Source: Tepidamorphaceae bacterium (GTDB taxonomy: Bacteria; Pseudomonadota; Alphaproteobacteria; Rhizobiales; JAKSCL01). From it: 64,000 nucleotides of DNA. The notes beneath the pieces were generated by a model. It was not told where the DNA came from. It ran no database searches and was given only the letters and a program-made list of their open reading frames with translations. The stretch covers positions 373,848 to 437,847 of the forward strand of contig JANQPO010000014.1 of the NCBI GenBank assembly GCA_028289445.1, written 5' to 3'. The position numbers were made by a program, and so were the translations under genes. The first letter of the stretch is position 1; each line of letters opens with the position of its first letter. Shown piece by piece: positions 50,004-58,025 of the stretch.

Positions 50004-51275
50004 TCAAGCGTTCCCGCCCTGCGGCGCCATCGCGATATGGCCGCCCTTCCCGCCGCGCCGCCGCCGACGACGGCGGCGCCGTCGCGGCCGGTCATTGGGA
50101 CGGCGCCACACACCATCCTCGGCCATCAGCATGGTCAACATGCCTTCTCTCAGACCGCGATCGGCGACCCGCAGGCGCTCGCAGGGCCAGGTCCGCAATA
50201 TCGCCTCCAGGATCGCGCAACCCGGCAGCACCAGGTCGGCGCGCTCCGGTCCGATGCACCCGTTGGACCGACGCTTCTCGTAAGGCCAGCCGACCATATC
50301 CATCGTGATTTGCCGCATGTGATCGCGCATCAGCCAGGACCCATCGACCTTGCGCCGGTCGTATCGGCGCAATCCCAGGAGCACGCCGGCCAGCGTTGTC
50401 ACTGTTCCGGATGTGCCCAAAAGGTGGACATTCGCGTCGCCGTTGATGGCATCCGATGCCGCCTGGCCGGCGGAAAAGTCGTGAAGATGGCGCGACGTCT
50501 CGTCGACCATGGCCTCGAAGACTTCAGGCGTCACGTCCACGCCGCCAAAGGTTTCCGCAAGTTTGACGACACCCAGCGGCAAGGATGTCCATCCCGCGAT
50601 CCGGTTATGGGCGCTGAGCGGACTGCGGCCGCGCTGCTCGCGCATGTCGAGCCAGACCAGTTCGGTCGAGCCACCGCCGATGTCGAAGATCAGCACGCCG
50701 TCCGCATTCCGGTCGATGAGCGAGGCGCTACCGGAGACCGCCAGCCGTGCCTCGGTCTCGCGATCGACGATCTCCAGATCGAGCCCGGTCTCGGACCTGA
50801 CCCGGTCGAGGAACTCGGCGCCGTTCTCGGCAATCCGGCAGGCTTCCGTCGCGATCATCCGCGCCCGACCGACATTGCGGCTTTTGATTTTGTCGCGGCA
50901 GACCTTCAAGGCCCCGACGGCGCGATCCATGGCGTCTTGAGACAATGCCCCCGTAAGCGACACCCCTTCGCCCAGGCGCACGATACGCGAGAACGCGTCG
51001 ATCACCCGGAAACTGCGGCGCAGCGGCTCCGCGATGAGAAGACGGCAGTTATTGGTGCCCAAATCGAGCGCGGCATAGGGCTTGCCGGAATAGCCGTTAT
51101 GGCTTTGCCGATGCCCCCCGGAACCGGCTGAATTTGGCGCCCGATGATTGTTCTCCTGGCGCCGACCGGACCCCGAAGCGGAGTCCGACGGGCCAGACCC
51201 CGTCGACTCAATCGACATCAAAACCAAACCCGTGCGCGCCTGTCGCGGGTGTCGCGCCTGGCGCACGCACATCAA
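50004..51275 (-). CDS. Ppx/GppA-family phosphatase with Arg10 C-terminal tail
   Basis: ASKHA-fold motifs AALDLGTNNCRLL, FDIGGGSTE and GTSGTV. The N-terminal ~65 aa are low-complexity, so the true start may be internal. C-terminus is ...DRPRRRRRRRRRRGGKGG.... Confidence 0.85.
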   Translation of the reverse strand: MMCVRQARHPRQARTGLVLMSIESTGSGPSDSASGSGRRQENNHRAPNSAGSGGHRQSHNGYSGKPYAALDLGTNNCRLLIAEPLRRSFRVIDAFSRIVRLGEGVSLTGALSQDAMDRAVGALKVCRDKIKSRNVGRARMIATEACRIAENGAEFLDRVRSETGLDLEIVDRETEARLAVSGSASLIDRNADGVLIFDIGGGSTELVWLDMREQRGRSPLSAHNRIAGWTSLPLGVVKLAETFGGVDVTPEVFEAMVDETSRHLHDFSAGQAASDAINGDANVHLLGTSGTVTTLAGVLLGLRRYDRRKVDGSWLMRDHMRQITMDMVGWPYEKRRSNGCIGPERADLVLPGCAILEAILRTWPCERLRVADRGLREGMLTMLMAEDGVWRRPNDRPRRRRRRRRRRGGKGGHIAMAPQGGNA

Positions 51276-51340
51276 GTGTCAGTTGCGACGATGGTAGCAG
51301 CGAAGATGGCGTTGCGGAAGTCGCCTCTTTTGGAATGCTG

Positions 51341-51940
51341 TCATTCCCTCAGACCGAGCTTTCGGGCGACGAAGTCGAGACGATCCTGTCCCCAAAAGGG
51401 CTCGTCCTCGATGATGTAGGTCGGCACGCCGAAGACGCCGCGCGCCGCAGCCTCGGCGGTGTTGGCCGCAATCGCCGCGTCTGCCTCCTCGCCCTTGGCG
51501 GCATCGAGCAGATCTTCGGGATAGCCGGCCTGGGCAACGGTTTTCGCGACGGTGTCGGGATCGGCGATATCCTGTTCGTCGATCCACACCACTTCATGAA
51601 GGGCCTGGCAGAGGTCGCCCGGATCGTGATCCTCGGCAATCGCCGCCGCGACGACCCGCGCGGCGAAGGATTCGTCGGCTGGGAAGAATTTCGGCGCGAC
51701 ATTGAGATCAAGGGCGAGGTTGCTGCGCCAGCGCTCCAACTCAACGAAGCGATAGTCCTTGCGGGCCTGGGGGCGCTGAGCGAGCGGCAGGGTCCCCGTT
51801 TCCCCGTAGAGCTTCGGTAGGTCCACCGGCTTATAGCGGATGGTCGAGCCGGCCTGCCCGGCATAGTCGCGAAGCCGGGCGAGACCCATGAAGCTGAACG
51901 GTGAGATCAGGCAGAAATAGTAATCGATGTCGGCGCTCAT
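51341..51940 (-). CDS. 2-hydroxychromene-2-carboxylate isomerase / DsbA-like thioredoxin-fold protein
   Basis: MSADIDYYFCLISPFSF... and C-terminal GVFGVPTYIIEDEPFWGQDRL are typical of the HCCA isomerase family. ATG at 51940 chosen; the ORF-track extension to 52156 runs antisense through the tRNA. Confidence 0.85.
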   Translation of the reverse strand: MSADIDYYFCLISPFSFMGLARLRDYAGQAGSTIRYKPVDLPKLYGETGTLPLAQRPQARKDYRFVELERWRSNLALDLNVAPKFFPADESFAARVVAAAIAEDHDPGDLCQALHEVVWIDEQDIADPDTVAKTVAQAGYPEDLLDAAKGEEADAAIAANTAEAAARGVFGVPTYIIEDEPFWGQDRLDFVARKLGLRE

Positions 51941-52036
51941 GGTCTTGGCGATTCCCCCAGATTTTGAACGCCGCACTATGGCGGAAGCGCTCGCGGGAGA
52001 CAAAGGCGATGTGGGGCAAGGCGCGGCGGCCAAGCC

Positions 52037-52065
52037 TTGCGGCACCCCATGCGATAGGCTATAGC
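52037..52065 (+). promoter_or_regulatory. Candidate promoter of tRNA-Gln
   Basis: TTGCGG (52037-52042), a 17-nt spacer, then TATAGC (52060-52065), 16 nt upstream of the mature tRNA 5' end. Sequence match only. Confidence 0.35.
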
Positions 52066-52081
52066 GCCCGCACCGTCCGCT

Positions 52082-52155
52082 TGGGGAATAGTTTAACGGT
52101 AGAACAACGGACTCTGACTCCGTCGGTCCTGGTTCGAATCCAGGTTCCCCAGCCA
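52082..52155 (+). tRNA. tRNA-Gln (anticodon CUG), CCA encoded
   Basis: Hand-folded cloverleaf. Acceptor tggggaa/ttcccca, anticodon stem acgga/tccgt with loop ctCTGac, T-arm cctgg-ttcgaat-ccagg, discriminator G plus CCA. Closely parallels E. coli tRNA-Gln. Confidence 0.93.
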
Positions 52156-52257
52156 ACGTTTTTCAAAGATTGCCGCGTTATATTGAAGCGGATATGACGG
52201 AAGTACCGGAACAGAAGGCATACGGACCCCGCACAAAAACCGGCACAGCTGAGTGCG

Positions 52258-52893
52258 TCATCGCATAGCCTCCGATGTTTCAGCTTCAAGCACCGCCAAC
52301 AACTCATCCGACAACTCGCGCCTGCACACCCACAGCGACTCGCGTTCTTTGACATCAACGACGTTCCAGGACATCGACCCATCCTGCGCCATTGCTCTTG
52401 CTTGGATGATCGACCGGTGCGGATCCTTAGGGTCGTAGAGAGACACATCGCTGCTGTCATGGTTTGGCGGAGTTGCCATGAGCGTCAATGGCGCGTCGAG
52501 ACGCCTATCTTCTGCAATCTCATATTTGAACAGCGGCACTCGAACGAGTTTGAGTCGTCGCTCAACCTTGCATATGTCATCGACTTGGCCTGCATTCTTC
52601 AGGACGCGGCAAGCCCCATAGGCAGCGGATACCCAAAGTTCGGACATGTATCTGAAGAAGTTGACGCTCAAATCGATCTCCTCAGGCTCACTGCGCGTGG
52701 CGGCAGCGAACTCGTCCTCAATGCTCCGAAGCATCGCGTCTAGCCAACCCATGTCCTGGATTGCCATCACCAGGCTCGTACACCCTGTGAGTCTCATGGC
52801 GCGAACTGACGCATCGCGCCATCTATACGCAATCTCTGGGTGCTGCTGCCATCCCAACGCGAACGCCGACAGAAGAGCTTGCGCAACTTGCAT
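52258..52893 (-). CDS. Hypothetical cytoplasmic protein, no recognisable domain (orphan)
   Basis: 211-aa ORF with ATG start and a canonical AAGGAG SD (52901-52906) 7 nt upstream. No TM helix or signal peptide. Locally lower GC (48-55% in three hand-counted 60-mers). Confidence 0.6.
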   Translation of the reverse strand: MQVAQALLSAFALGWQQHPEIAYRWRDASVRAMRLTGCTSLVMAIQDMGWLDAMLRSIEDEFAAATRSEPEEIDLSVNFFRYMSELWVSAAYGACRVLKNAGQVDDICKVERRLKLVRVPLFKYEIAEDRRLDAPLTLMATPPNHDSSDVSLYDPKDPHRSIIQARAMAQDGSMSWNVVDVKERESLWVCRRELSDELLAVLEAETSEAMR

Positions 52894-53052
52894 CTAAGTG
52901 CTCCTTGTTCATCGCATCCACTGATCAATACTCATCCCGTCGCGTGGCGGAAAGATCGCCAGAATTGAGAACGAAAATAGAACATTGTCAAGCGTGCCAA
53001 ACGCGATAAGCTGGCGCGATCCACCACCTTCGCACTGCTAGGAGTACCGCAG

Positions 53053-53589
53053 ATGCTCAGACCATCCCTGCTTTCGGCAACGATCATCGCCTGCTGTGGG
53101 GCAAGCGCCGCCTTTGCCGAAGCGCCGGTTCTCCAGTCGGGGACACCTGTCATCTACCTCGCCGACAACCTCGATGAGAAAGACAAGCTTGGATGGTGCA
53201 TTGACACCGAGGGTCGAGGATTTGCCGAAACCTTGCAGTCGCACTCCTGCAAACCGGCGTCACGCGGTGTCACGGACACGCAATTTTCCTACGACGACGC
53301 GAGCGGTCAAATCCGATCCGTGCCTTTCGAAGGCAAATGCATGACGCTCAGCGATCCGGACAATGCGGAATGGCCCTTCGGCCTCCTCGATTGCATTAGC
53401 GACGCGCCCGCGCAGAAATTCGTTTACGACGCCGCATCGAAGGAAATCCGGATTGGCAGCGACCCATCCAAATGCGTTGTCGTCGCACCGACGAGCATTG
53501 CCGCCGGCCCCTTCATGTCACGCGACCTGATCTACGCCGATTGCGGTTCGGTGGAGGAGAAGTTCAAGCAGTGGATCGTGAAGAACTAG
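53053..53589 (+). CDS. Secreted ricin-type beta-trefoil lectin-domain protein
   Basis: Signal peptide (...GASAAFA/EA). Three internal repeats, each with a Cys and Q-x-F/W-like ends (GWCIDTEG, GKCMTLSD, SKCVVVAP; QKF, KQW). TAGGAG SD. Confidence 0.7.
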   Translation: MLRPSLLSATIIACCGASAAFAEAPVLQSGTPVIYLADNLDEKDKLGWCIDTEGRGFAETLQSHSCKPASRGVTDTQFSYDDASGQIRSVPFEGKCMTLSDPDNAEWPFGLLDCISDAPAQKFVYDAASKEIRIGSDPSKCVVVAPTSIAAGPFMSRDLIYADCGSVEEKFKQWIVKN

Positions 53590-53667
53590 ATCATTTTCGG
53601 TGAAAGTTGAGTCACCGAATATGAATCTATCTCTTTGATTTTGAGCATGTTCTTGTCCGAGAACCGC

Positions 53668-53696
53668 CCCCGCCTTCGCGGGGACAGGCTTTTTTG
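53668..53696 (+). terminator. Terminator after the lectin gene
   Basis: ccccgc-cttc-gcgggg hairpin (53668-53683), then tttttt (53690-53695) after a 6-nt spacer. Enclosed by an outer 8-bp pair gcatgttc (53645-53652) / gaacatgc (53698-53705). Confidence 0.5.
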
Positions 53697-53743
53697 GGAA
53701 CATGCGCTAGAGCCACGGCATTCAGCCCAAGGCGCGCATCAAG

Positions 53744-54397
53744 CTAAGACGTCGGCAGCGAATCCAGCTTCACCTCGTGGGGGAAATCGCCTTTTTCGAT
53801 ATAGGCCATCTCTTCCGGCGTTGAGACGCGCCCCAGGACAGGGTTGCGATGACTATGGCGCCCGAACTTGGCAATGACCGCGCGATGTTTCCTGGGCTGC
53901 CCGGCGGCAAAGGCGTAGGCGTCTTTCAAATGCTTCGGCGCTTCTTCGACGAGGCGATCGGCAATTTCTATGGCGCGATCGAGGTTGGCCAGGTGATCGG
54001 CACACTCACAATGTTCGAGGGGCATTTTGAACATCGTCTTGTACCAAGCGTTTTCGAGAGCCTCGAAATGGCCGTTGTCCAATCCTTCAAGACATAGGGC
54101 TAGCGCTTTTGGGTCCTGCGCATAGGCTTTTTCGCTGCCGGCCCAAACGGTTCGCGGAAATTGGTCAAGCAGGATGATGAGAGCGAGCCGTCCCGTTGGA
54201 GTGCTGGCCCAGCCGTCGAACGCGCCCTCTGCCGCGCGCGCGGTGACGTCTGAGTATTTTGCCAATATCTCGTCATTCGCGCCGCCGCGCATGCGCCAGA
54301 CCCACAAGTCCATATGCTGCTTCAGTTCGGGATTGGGACCGTCGGGGAACCAAAAGCTTACGATCTCCTCCGGCGTGATTTCCGTTTCACCGGTCAT
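53744..54397 (-). CDS. DUF924-family protein
   Basis: 217 aa. FWF...W...RLALIILLDQFPR motif block is characteristic of DUF924. GGAGGA SD. Confidence 0.8.
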   Translation of the reverse strand: MTGETEITPEEIVSFWFPDGPNPELKQHMDLWVWRMRGGANDEILAKYSDVTARAAEGAFDGWASTPTGRLALIILLDQFPRTVWAGSEKAYAQDPKALALCLEGLDNGHFEALENAWYKTMFKMPLEHCECADHLANLDRAIEIADRLVEEAPKHLKDAYAFAAGQPRKHRAVIAKFGRHSHRNPVLGRVSTPEEMAYIEKGDFPHEVKLDSLPTS

Positions 54398-54451
54398 CGT
54401 GGTCCTCCGAGATCAAGCCGTGCACATTGAGTTTCGGCGCCGAGGCGTGCC

Positions 54452-54814
54452 CTAAAACTCATGCTCGCGAACGATGAACGCCGACGACCGGGAATGGTCG
54501 ATGAACGTGGCTTCATCCGCCAAAAGCTCGGCGCTCAGCTTCTCCATCTCGGGCGTCGACATCGCCTCCATCAGATCCTCTTCGGACTCGAACCATACCT
54601 CGGCCACGCCGTCGAATTCGGGCTGCATGTCCCGGGACGCCCGCATGCCGTCGTTCAAGGGACTGTCGATCGTATGGCTTTGCACATAGCGCTTCGACCG
54701 CATGATCGCAGCGTTCTTCTGAAAGAAGGGTCCGTGCTTATTCAGCCAATAGTCCTGGAACTGTTCACGGGTGATGTCCTGGCGCCGATGCAGACACATA
54801 ATCAGCTTGATCAT
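54452..54814 (-). CDS. EthD-domain protein
   Basis: MIKLIMCLHRRQDITREQFQDYW...H is the typical EthD N-terminus. ATG at 54814 with a GGAGA SD is preferred over GTG at 54844. Confidence 0.8.
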   Translation of the reverse strand: MIKLIMCLHRRQDITREQFQDYWLNKHGPFFQKNAAIMRSKRYVQSHTIDSPLNDGMRASRDMQPEFDGVAEVWFESEEDLMEAMSTPEMEKLSAELLADEATFIDHSRSSAFIVREHEF

Positions 54815-54908
54815 TCGAAAGGTCTCCGAGGAGTGGTCAGACACCGCGGCTCATATCAGATGGAACACGCGGATCGAAGAGCTGAGTTCAGCGCCCGGCA
54901 AACCGCAC

Positions 54909-55340
54909 CTATTTCGTTTCGTAGCCCCATAACGCCTCCGGTGCCTGAAGCATCGTGCCTTCATACTTTGGAAGATCGTCATCGATCTGAAGCCAAGGAA
55001 GCCGGCTTTCGTAGTTGACGTGGAACGTTGGCTTAAAGTCTTCAGGGTCTTCTAATGTGGCGGCATAGAGGTGCATTCCGCCGGCGTAATGGTCCGCTTC
55101 AAATCCCATCGGCGAACCGCACGTCTCGCAGAAGTGTCGCCTTACGCCCTTGGCGCTTTCCAGCGTTTTCGGCGGATCTCCCACCCATGTGAAATTCTCG
55201 ATCGGCACGCCGAACCAAGCGACCACAGGAGCCGCGCAGTTGCGCCGGCAATCATCGCAATGACAGTAGCAGGCCCATCTCGCCTCGCCGCGATACTCCC
55301 AACGCGTTCGCCCGCACAGACAGCGGCCTCGCTTTGTCAC
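54909..55340 (-). CDS. GFA-family (CENP-V/glutathione-dependent formaldehyde-activating-like) zinc protein
   Basis: Cys clusters CLCG, CHCDDC and FCETCGS. GTG at 55340 forms a GTGA overlap with the stop of the upstream small ORF; GTG at 55361 is the ORF-track alternative. Confidence 0.8.
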   Translation of the reverse strand: MTKRGRCLCGRTRWEYRGEARWACYCHCDDCRRNCAAPVVAWFGVPIENFTWVGDPPKTLESAKGVRRHFCETCGSPMGFEADHYAGGMHLYAATLEDPEDFKPTFHVNYESRLPWLQIDDDLPKYEGTMLQAPEALWGYETK

Positions 55341-55642
55341 TTCCGCGACTCGACGACACACACATCCGCGTCATCGACCCGAAGCACTTGGCCACGCATC
55401 TCGTGACAGGTCTTTTCATCGACTTTTTGTTCGAGCACCTGTCCCTTGCCAAGGCACAACGTGCGGTCATTGATTTGCGCTTTGGCACCCTCACAGTCTC
55501 CAGCCCGGCTGTACATCGGCGCGGCAATCAACGCCAACATCGGCTTTGTGGCCAGCGCTGCTGATGCGTGGAAGCTGGCGGGCAAAAGAAGCAATGCTGC
55601 AACGAGCAAGCGGCGAGCATGTATGTTTCGACAGTTGGTCAT
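55337..55642 (-). CDS. Small secreted Cys-containing protein, unknown function
   Basis: 101 aa from ATG at 55642, preceded by a GAGGGAGAG SD. Signal peptide (RRLLVAALLLLPASFHASA). Four Cys in the mature part. Confidence 0.5.
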   Translation of the reverse strand: MTNCRNIHARRLLVAALLLLPASFHASAALATKPMLALIAAPMYSRAGDCEGAKAQINDRTLCLGKGQVLEQKVDEKTCHEMRGQVLRVDDADVCVVESRK

Positions 55643-55760
55643 GAGTCTCTCCCTCATGTCGGGTAGCGGATCGAGCATACAATCCGCCGCCACGTCTGGC
55701 GATCCCTCTAGCTGAACCGTCGGCGCCCTTGATCCCCGTCGTTCAAGACGCGAATGTGCG

Positions 55761-55790
55761 TTGACGGGCTTGGACAGGCCCGCCTACAAT
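55761..55790 (+). promoter_or_regulatory. Candidate sigma70-type promoter of the liv-type ABC operon
   Basis: TTGACG (55761-55766), an 18-nt spacer, then TACAAT (55785-55790), about 75 nt upstream of the binding-protein ATG. Sequence match only. Confidence 0.45.
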
Positions 55791-55863
55791 GAAATTGTTT
55801 TAGGCTTAAAGGAAATCGCCGCGCGCGACCCCAGTTCCGCTGCGGAGTAACGAGGGAGACGAC

Positions 55864-57033
55864 ATGTTCAACACAAGAATTGCGGCGCTCGGCTTGGCTT
55901 CGGCGTTGGCACTTAGCGCAACGACGGCGATGGCGGAAAGCGTCAAGATTGGCTTCATGGCGACCTTGTCGGGTCCGCCGGCCGTTCTCGGCAAGCATAT
56001 GCGCGACGGCTTCATGCTGGCGGTCAAGCAGAACGACGGCAAGCTCGGCGGATTGGATGCCGAGGTCGAGGTCGTGGACGACGAGTTGAAGCCGGATGTG
56101 GCGCTAGAGCGGGTTAAGGCGCTCTTGGAGCGTGACCAGGTCGACTTCGTTGTCGGCATCGTGTTCTCCAACATCCTGCAAGCGGTCTTCAAGCCGGTGA
56201 CGCAGTCGGAGACGTTCCTGATCGGCACCAATGCGGGCACCTCCACCTTCGCTGGCGAGGCCTGCAGCCCCTACTTCTTCTCCACCTCGTGGCAGAACGA
56301 CCAGGTGCACGCGGTGATGGGCAAATATGCCGAGGACACCGGTTTCAAGCGGGTCTTCCTGATGGCGCCGAACTATCAGGCCGGCAAGGACTCGGTTGCC
56401 GGCTTCAAGAGCCAGTTCACCGGCGAGGTCGTCGACGAGGTCTATACCAAGCTCGGTCAGTTGGATTTCTCGGCCGAGTTGGCTCGGATCGCTGACGCCA
56501 AGCCGGATGCGCTTTTCACCTTCATGCCGGGTGGCATGGGCGTGAACCTGGTGAAGCAGTACCAGCAGGCCGGTCTGACGGAGAGCATCCCCTTCCTGTC
56601 GGCGTTCACCGTCGACGAGACGACGCTGCCGGCGACGCAGGACGCAGCGCTCGGCATGTTCTCGTCGACCCAGTATTCGCCGTTGCTCGACAACGAGGCC
56701 AACAACGCCTTCGTGGCAGCATTCGAAGCAGAGTATGGCTACACGCCGGCGCTTTACGCCTCGCAGGGCTATGACGCCGGCCTGTTGCTCAACAGCGCGA
56801 TCGGCAAGGTCGGTGGCGACCTTTCCGACAAGGACGCCGTGCGCGCGGCGCTCAAGGAAGCCGATTTCCAGTCCGTGCGCGGCGACTTCTCCTACAACAA
56901 CAATCACTTCCCCATTCAGGACTTCTGGCTGGTGAAGGCGGTTAAGACCGAAGACGGCAAATACGTCACGGAGCCGGTCGAAAAGGTTTTCGACGATTGG
57001 GGTGATTCATACGCCGCCAAGTGCCCGATGTAG
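55864..57033 (+). CDS. Branched-chain amino-acid-type ABC transporter substrate-binding protein (LivK/LivJ family)
   Basis: Signal peptide (...ATTAMA/ES) and type I periplasmic-binding fold signature (KIGFMATLSGP...). First gene of a five-gene liv-type operon. Confidence 0.88.
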   Translation: MFNTRIAALGLASALALSATTAMAESVKIGFMATLSGPPAVLGKHMRDGFMLAVKQNDGKLGGLDAEVEVVDDELKPDVALERVKALLERDQVDFVVGIVFSNILQAVFKPVTQSETFLIGTNAGTSTFAGEACSPYFFSTSWQNDQVHAVMGKYAEDTGFKRVFLMAPNYQAGKDSVAGFKSQFTGEVVDEVYTKLGQLDFSAELARIADAKPDALFTFMPGGMGVNLVKQYQQAGLTESIPFLSAFTVDETTLPATQDAALGMFSSTQYSPLLDNEANNAFVAAFEAEYGYTPALYASQGYDAGLLLNSAIGKVGGDLSDKDAVRAALKEADFQSVRGDFSYNNNHFPIQDFWLVKAVKTEDGKYVTEPVEKVFDDWGDSYAAKCPM

Positions 57034-57099
57034 GCTAGCCGAACCACAAGCGCGGGCGCGCCATTGGCGCGTCCGCTTACGCTGCCCTGGGGCGGGCTG

Positions 57100-58023
57100 A
57101 TGAACACCACGCTTTTGCTTGTTCAATCCCTGAACGGCCTGCAATTGGGCGTTCTGTTGTTCCTGATCGCGGCGGGCCTGACGCTGGTCTTCGGCGTCAT
57201 GGATTTCATCAATCTGGCCCATGGCGTCCAGTACATGGTCGGCGCATATCTCGCCGCCGTCGCCTATGCCTGGACCGGCAACTTCCTGCTGACCGTCCTC
57301 CTCGCGCTCGGTGGATCCCTTTTGTGCGGCCTGGTGCTCGAATTCCTGGTGATGCGGCATTTCTACGACCGCGATCATCTGGCCCAGGTGCTGGCCACCT
57401 TCGGCGTCATCTTGTTCCTGAACGAAGGCGTGCGCTTTGTGTGGGGTGCTGCGCCCCTCTTCTACCCGATCCCGGAAACCCTCTCCGGCTCGATCCGCCT
57501 CGTCGATGGGCTCCTTTACCCGGTCTATAGGCTGGCTATCATCGGCGCCGGGTTGGCGGTCGCCGTCTTGCTCTACGTTCTCGTGACGCGAACGAAGGCT
57601 GGGATGCTGGTGCGCGCCGGCGCGACGAATGCGCCCATGGTGGCCGCGCTGGGCGTCAACATCCGTCAGCTTTTCATGCTGGTCTTCGCTTTCGGTGCAA
57701 TGCTCGCTGGGTTTGCCGGAATCATGGTCGGGCCGATCCTTTCGGTTGAACCGGGCATGGGCGATAACCTCCTCATCCTCACCTTCGTCGTCATCGTCAT
57801 CGGCGGCATCGGCTCAATCCGTGGCGCCTTTGTTGCGGCGATCATCGTCGGCCTCATCGACACGCTCGGACGCTCCTTCATGACCGACATCATGAAACTG
57901 GCCTTTCCTCCTGCGGCGGCAAATGAAATCGGGCCGGCAATCGCCTCCATGCTGATCTATGTCCTCATGGCCGCCGTGCTGTTCTTCCGGCCGGCCGGCC
58001 TCTTTCCGGCGAAGGGCGGCTGA
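57100..58023 (+). CDS. Branched-chain amino-acid ABC permease (LivH family)
   Basis: Polytopic protein with N-terminus MNTTLLLVQSLNGLQLGVLLFLIAAGLTLVFGVMDFINLAHG typical of LivH. ATG at 57100 preferred over TTG at 57064. Confidence 0.88.
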   Translation: MNTTLLLVQSLNGLQLGVLLFLIAAGLTLVFGVMDFINLAHGVQYMVGAYLAAVAYAWTGNFLLTVLLALGGSLLCGLVLEFLVMRHFYDRDHLAQVLATFGVILFLNEGVRFVWGAAPLFYPIPETLSGSIRLVDGLLYPVYRLAIIGAGLAVAVLLYVLVTRTKAGMLVRAGATNAPMVAALGVNIRQLFMLVFAFGAMLAGFAGIMVGPILSVEPGMGDNLLILTFVVIVIGGIGSIRGAFVAAIIVGLIDTLGRSFMTDIMKLAFPPAAANEIGPAIASMLIYVLMAAVLFFRPAGLFPAKGG

Positions 58024-58025
58024 GC

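Noticed and set aside
49530-51131. 533-aa plus-strand ORF, the longest unexplained ORF in the track.
   Set aside because: It is antisense to rlmE and the Ppx/GppA gene. The product is Ala/Arg/Pro/Gly-rich with no motif and no SD. This is a classic GC-driven shadow ORF.
51941-52156. N-terminal extension of the HCCA-isomerase ORF to 271 aa.
   Set aside because: The extension is the reverse complement of tRNA-Gln and its promoter. The family N-terminus (MSADIDYYFCLISPFSF) starts at ATG 51940.
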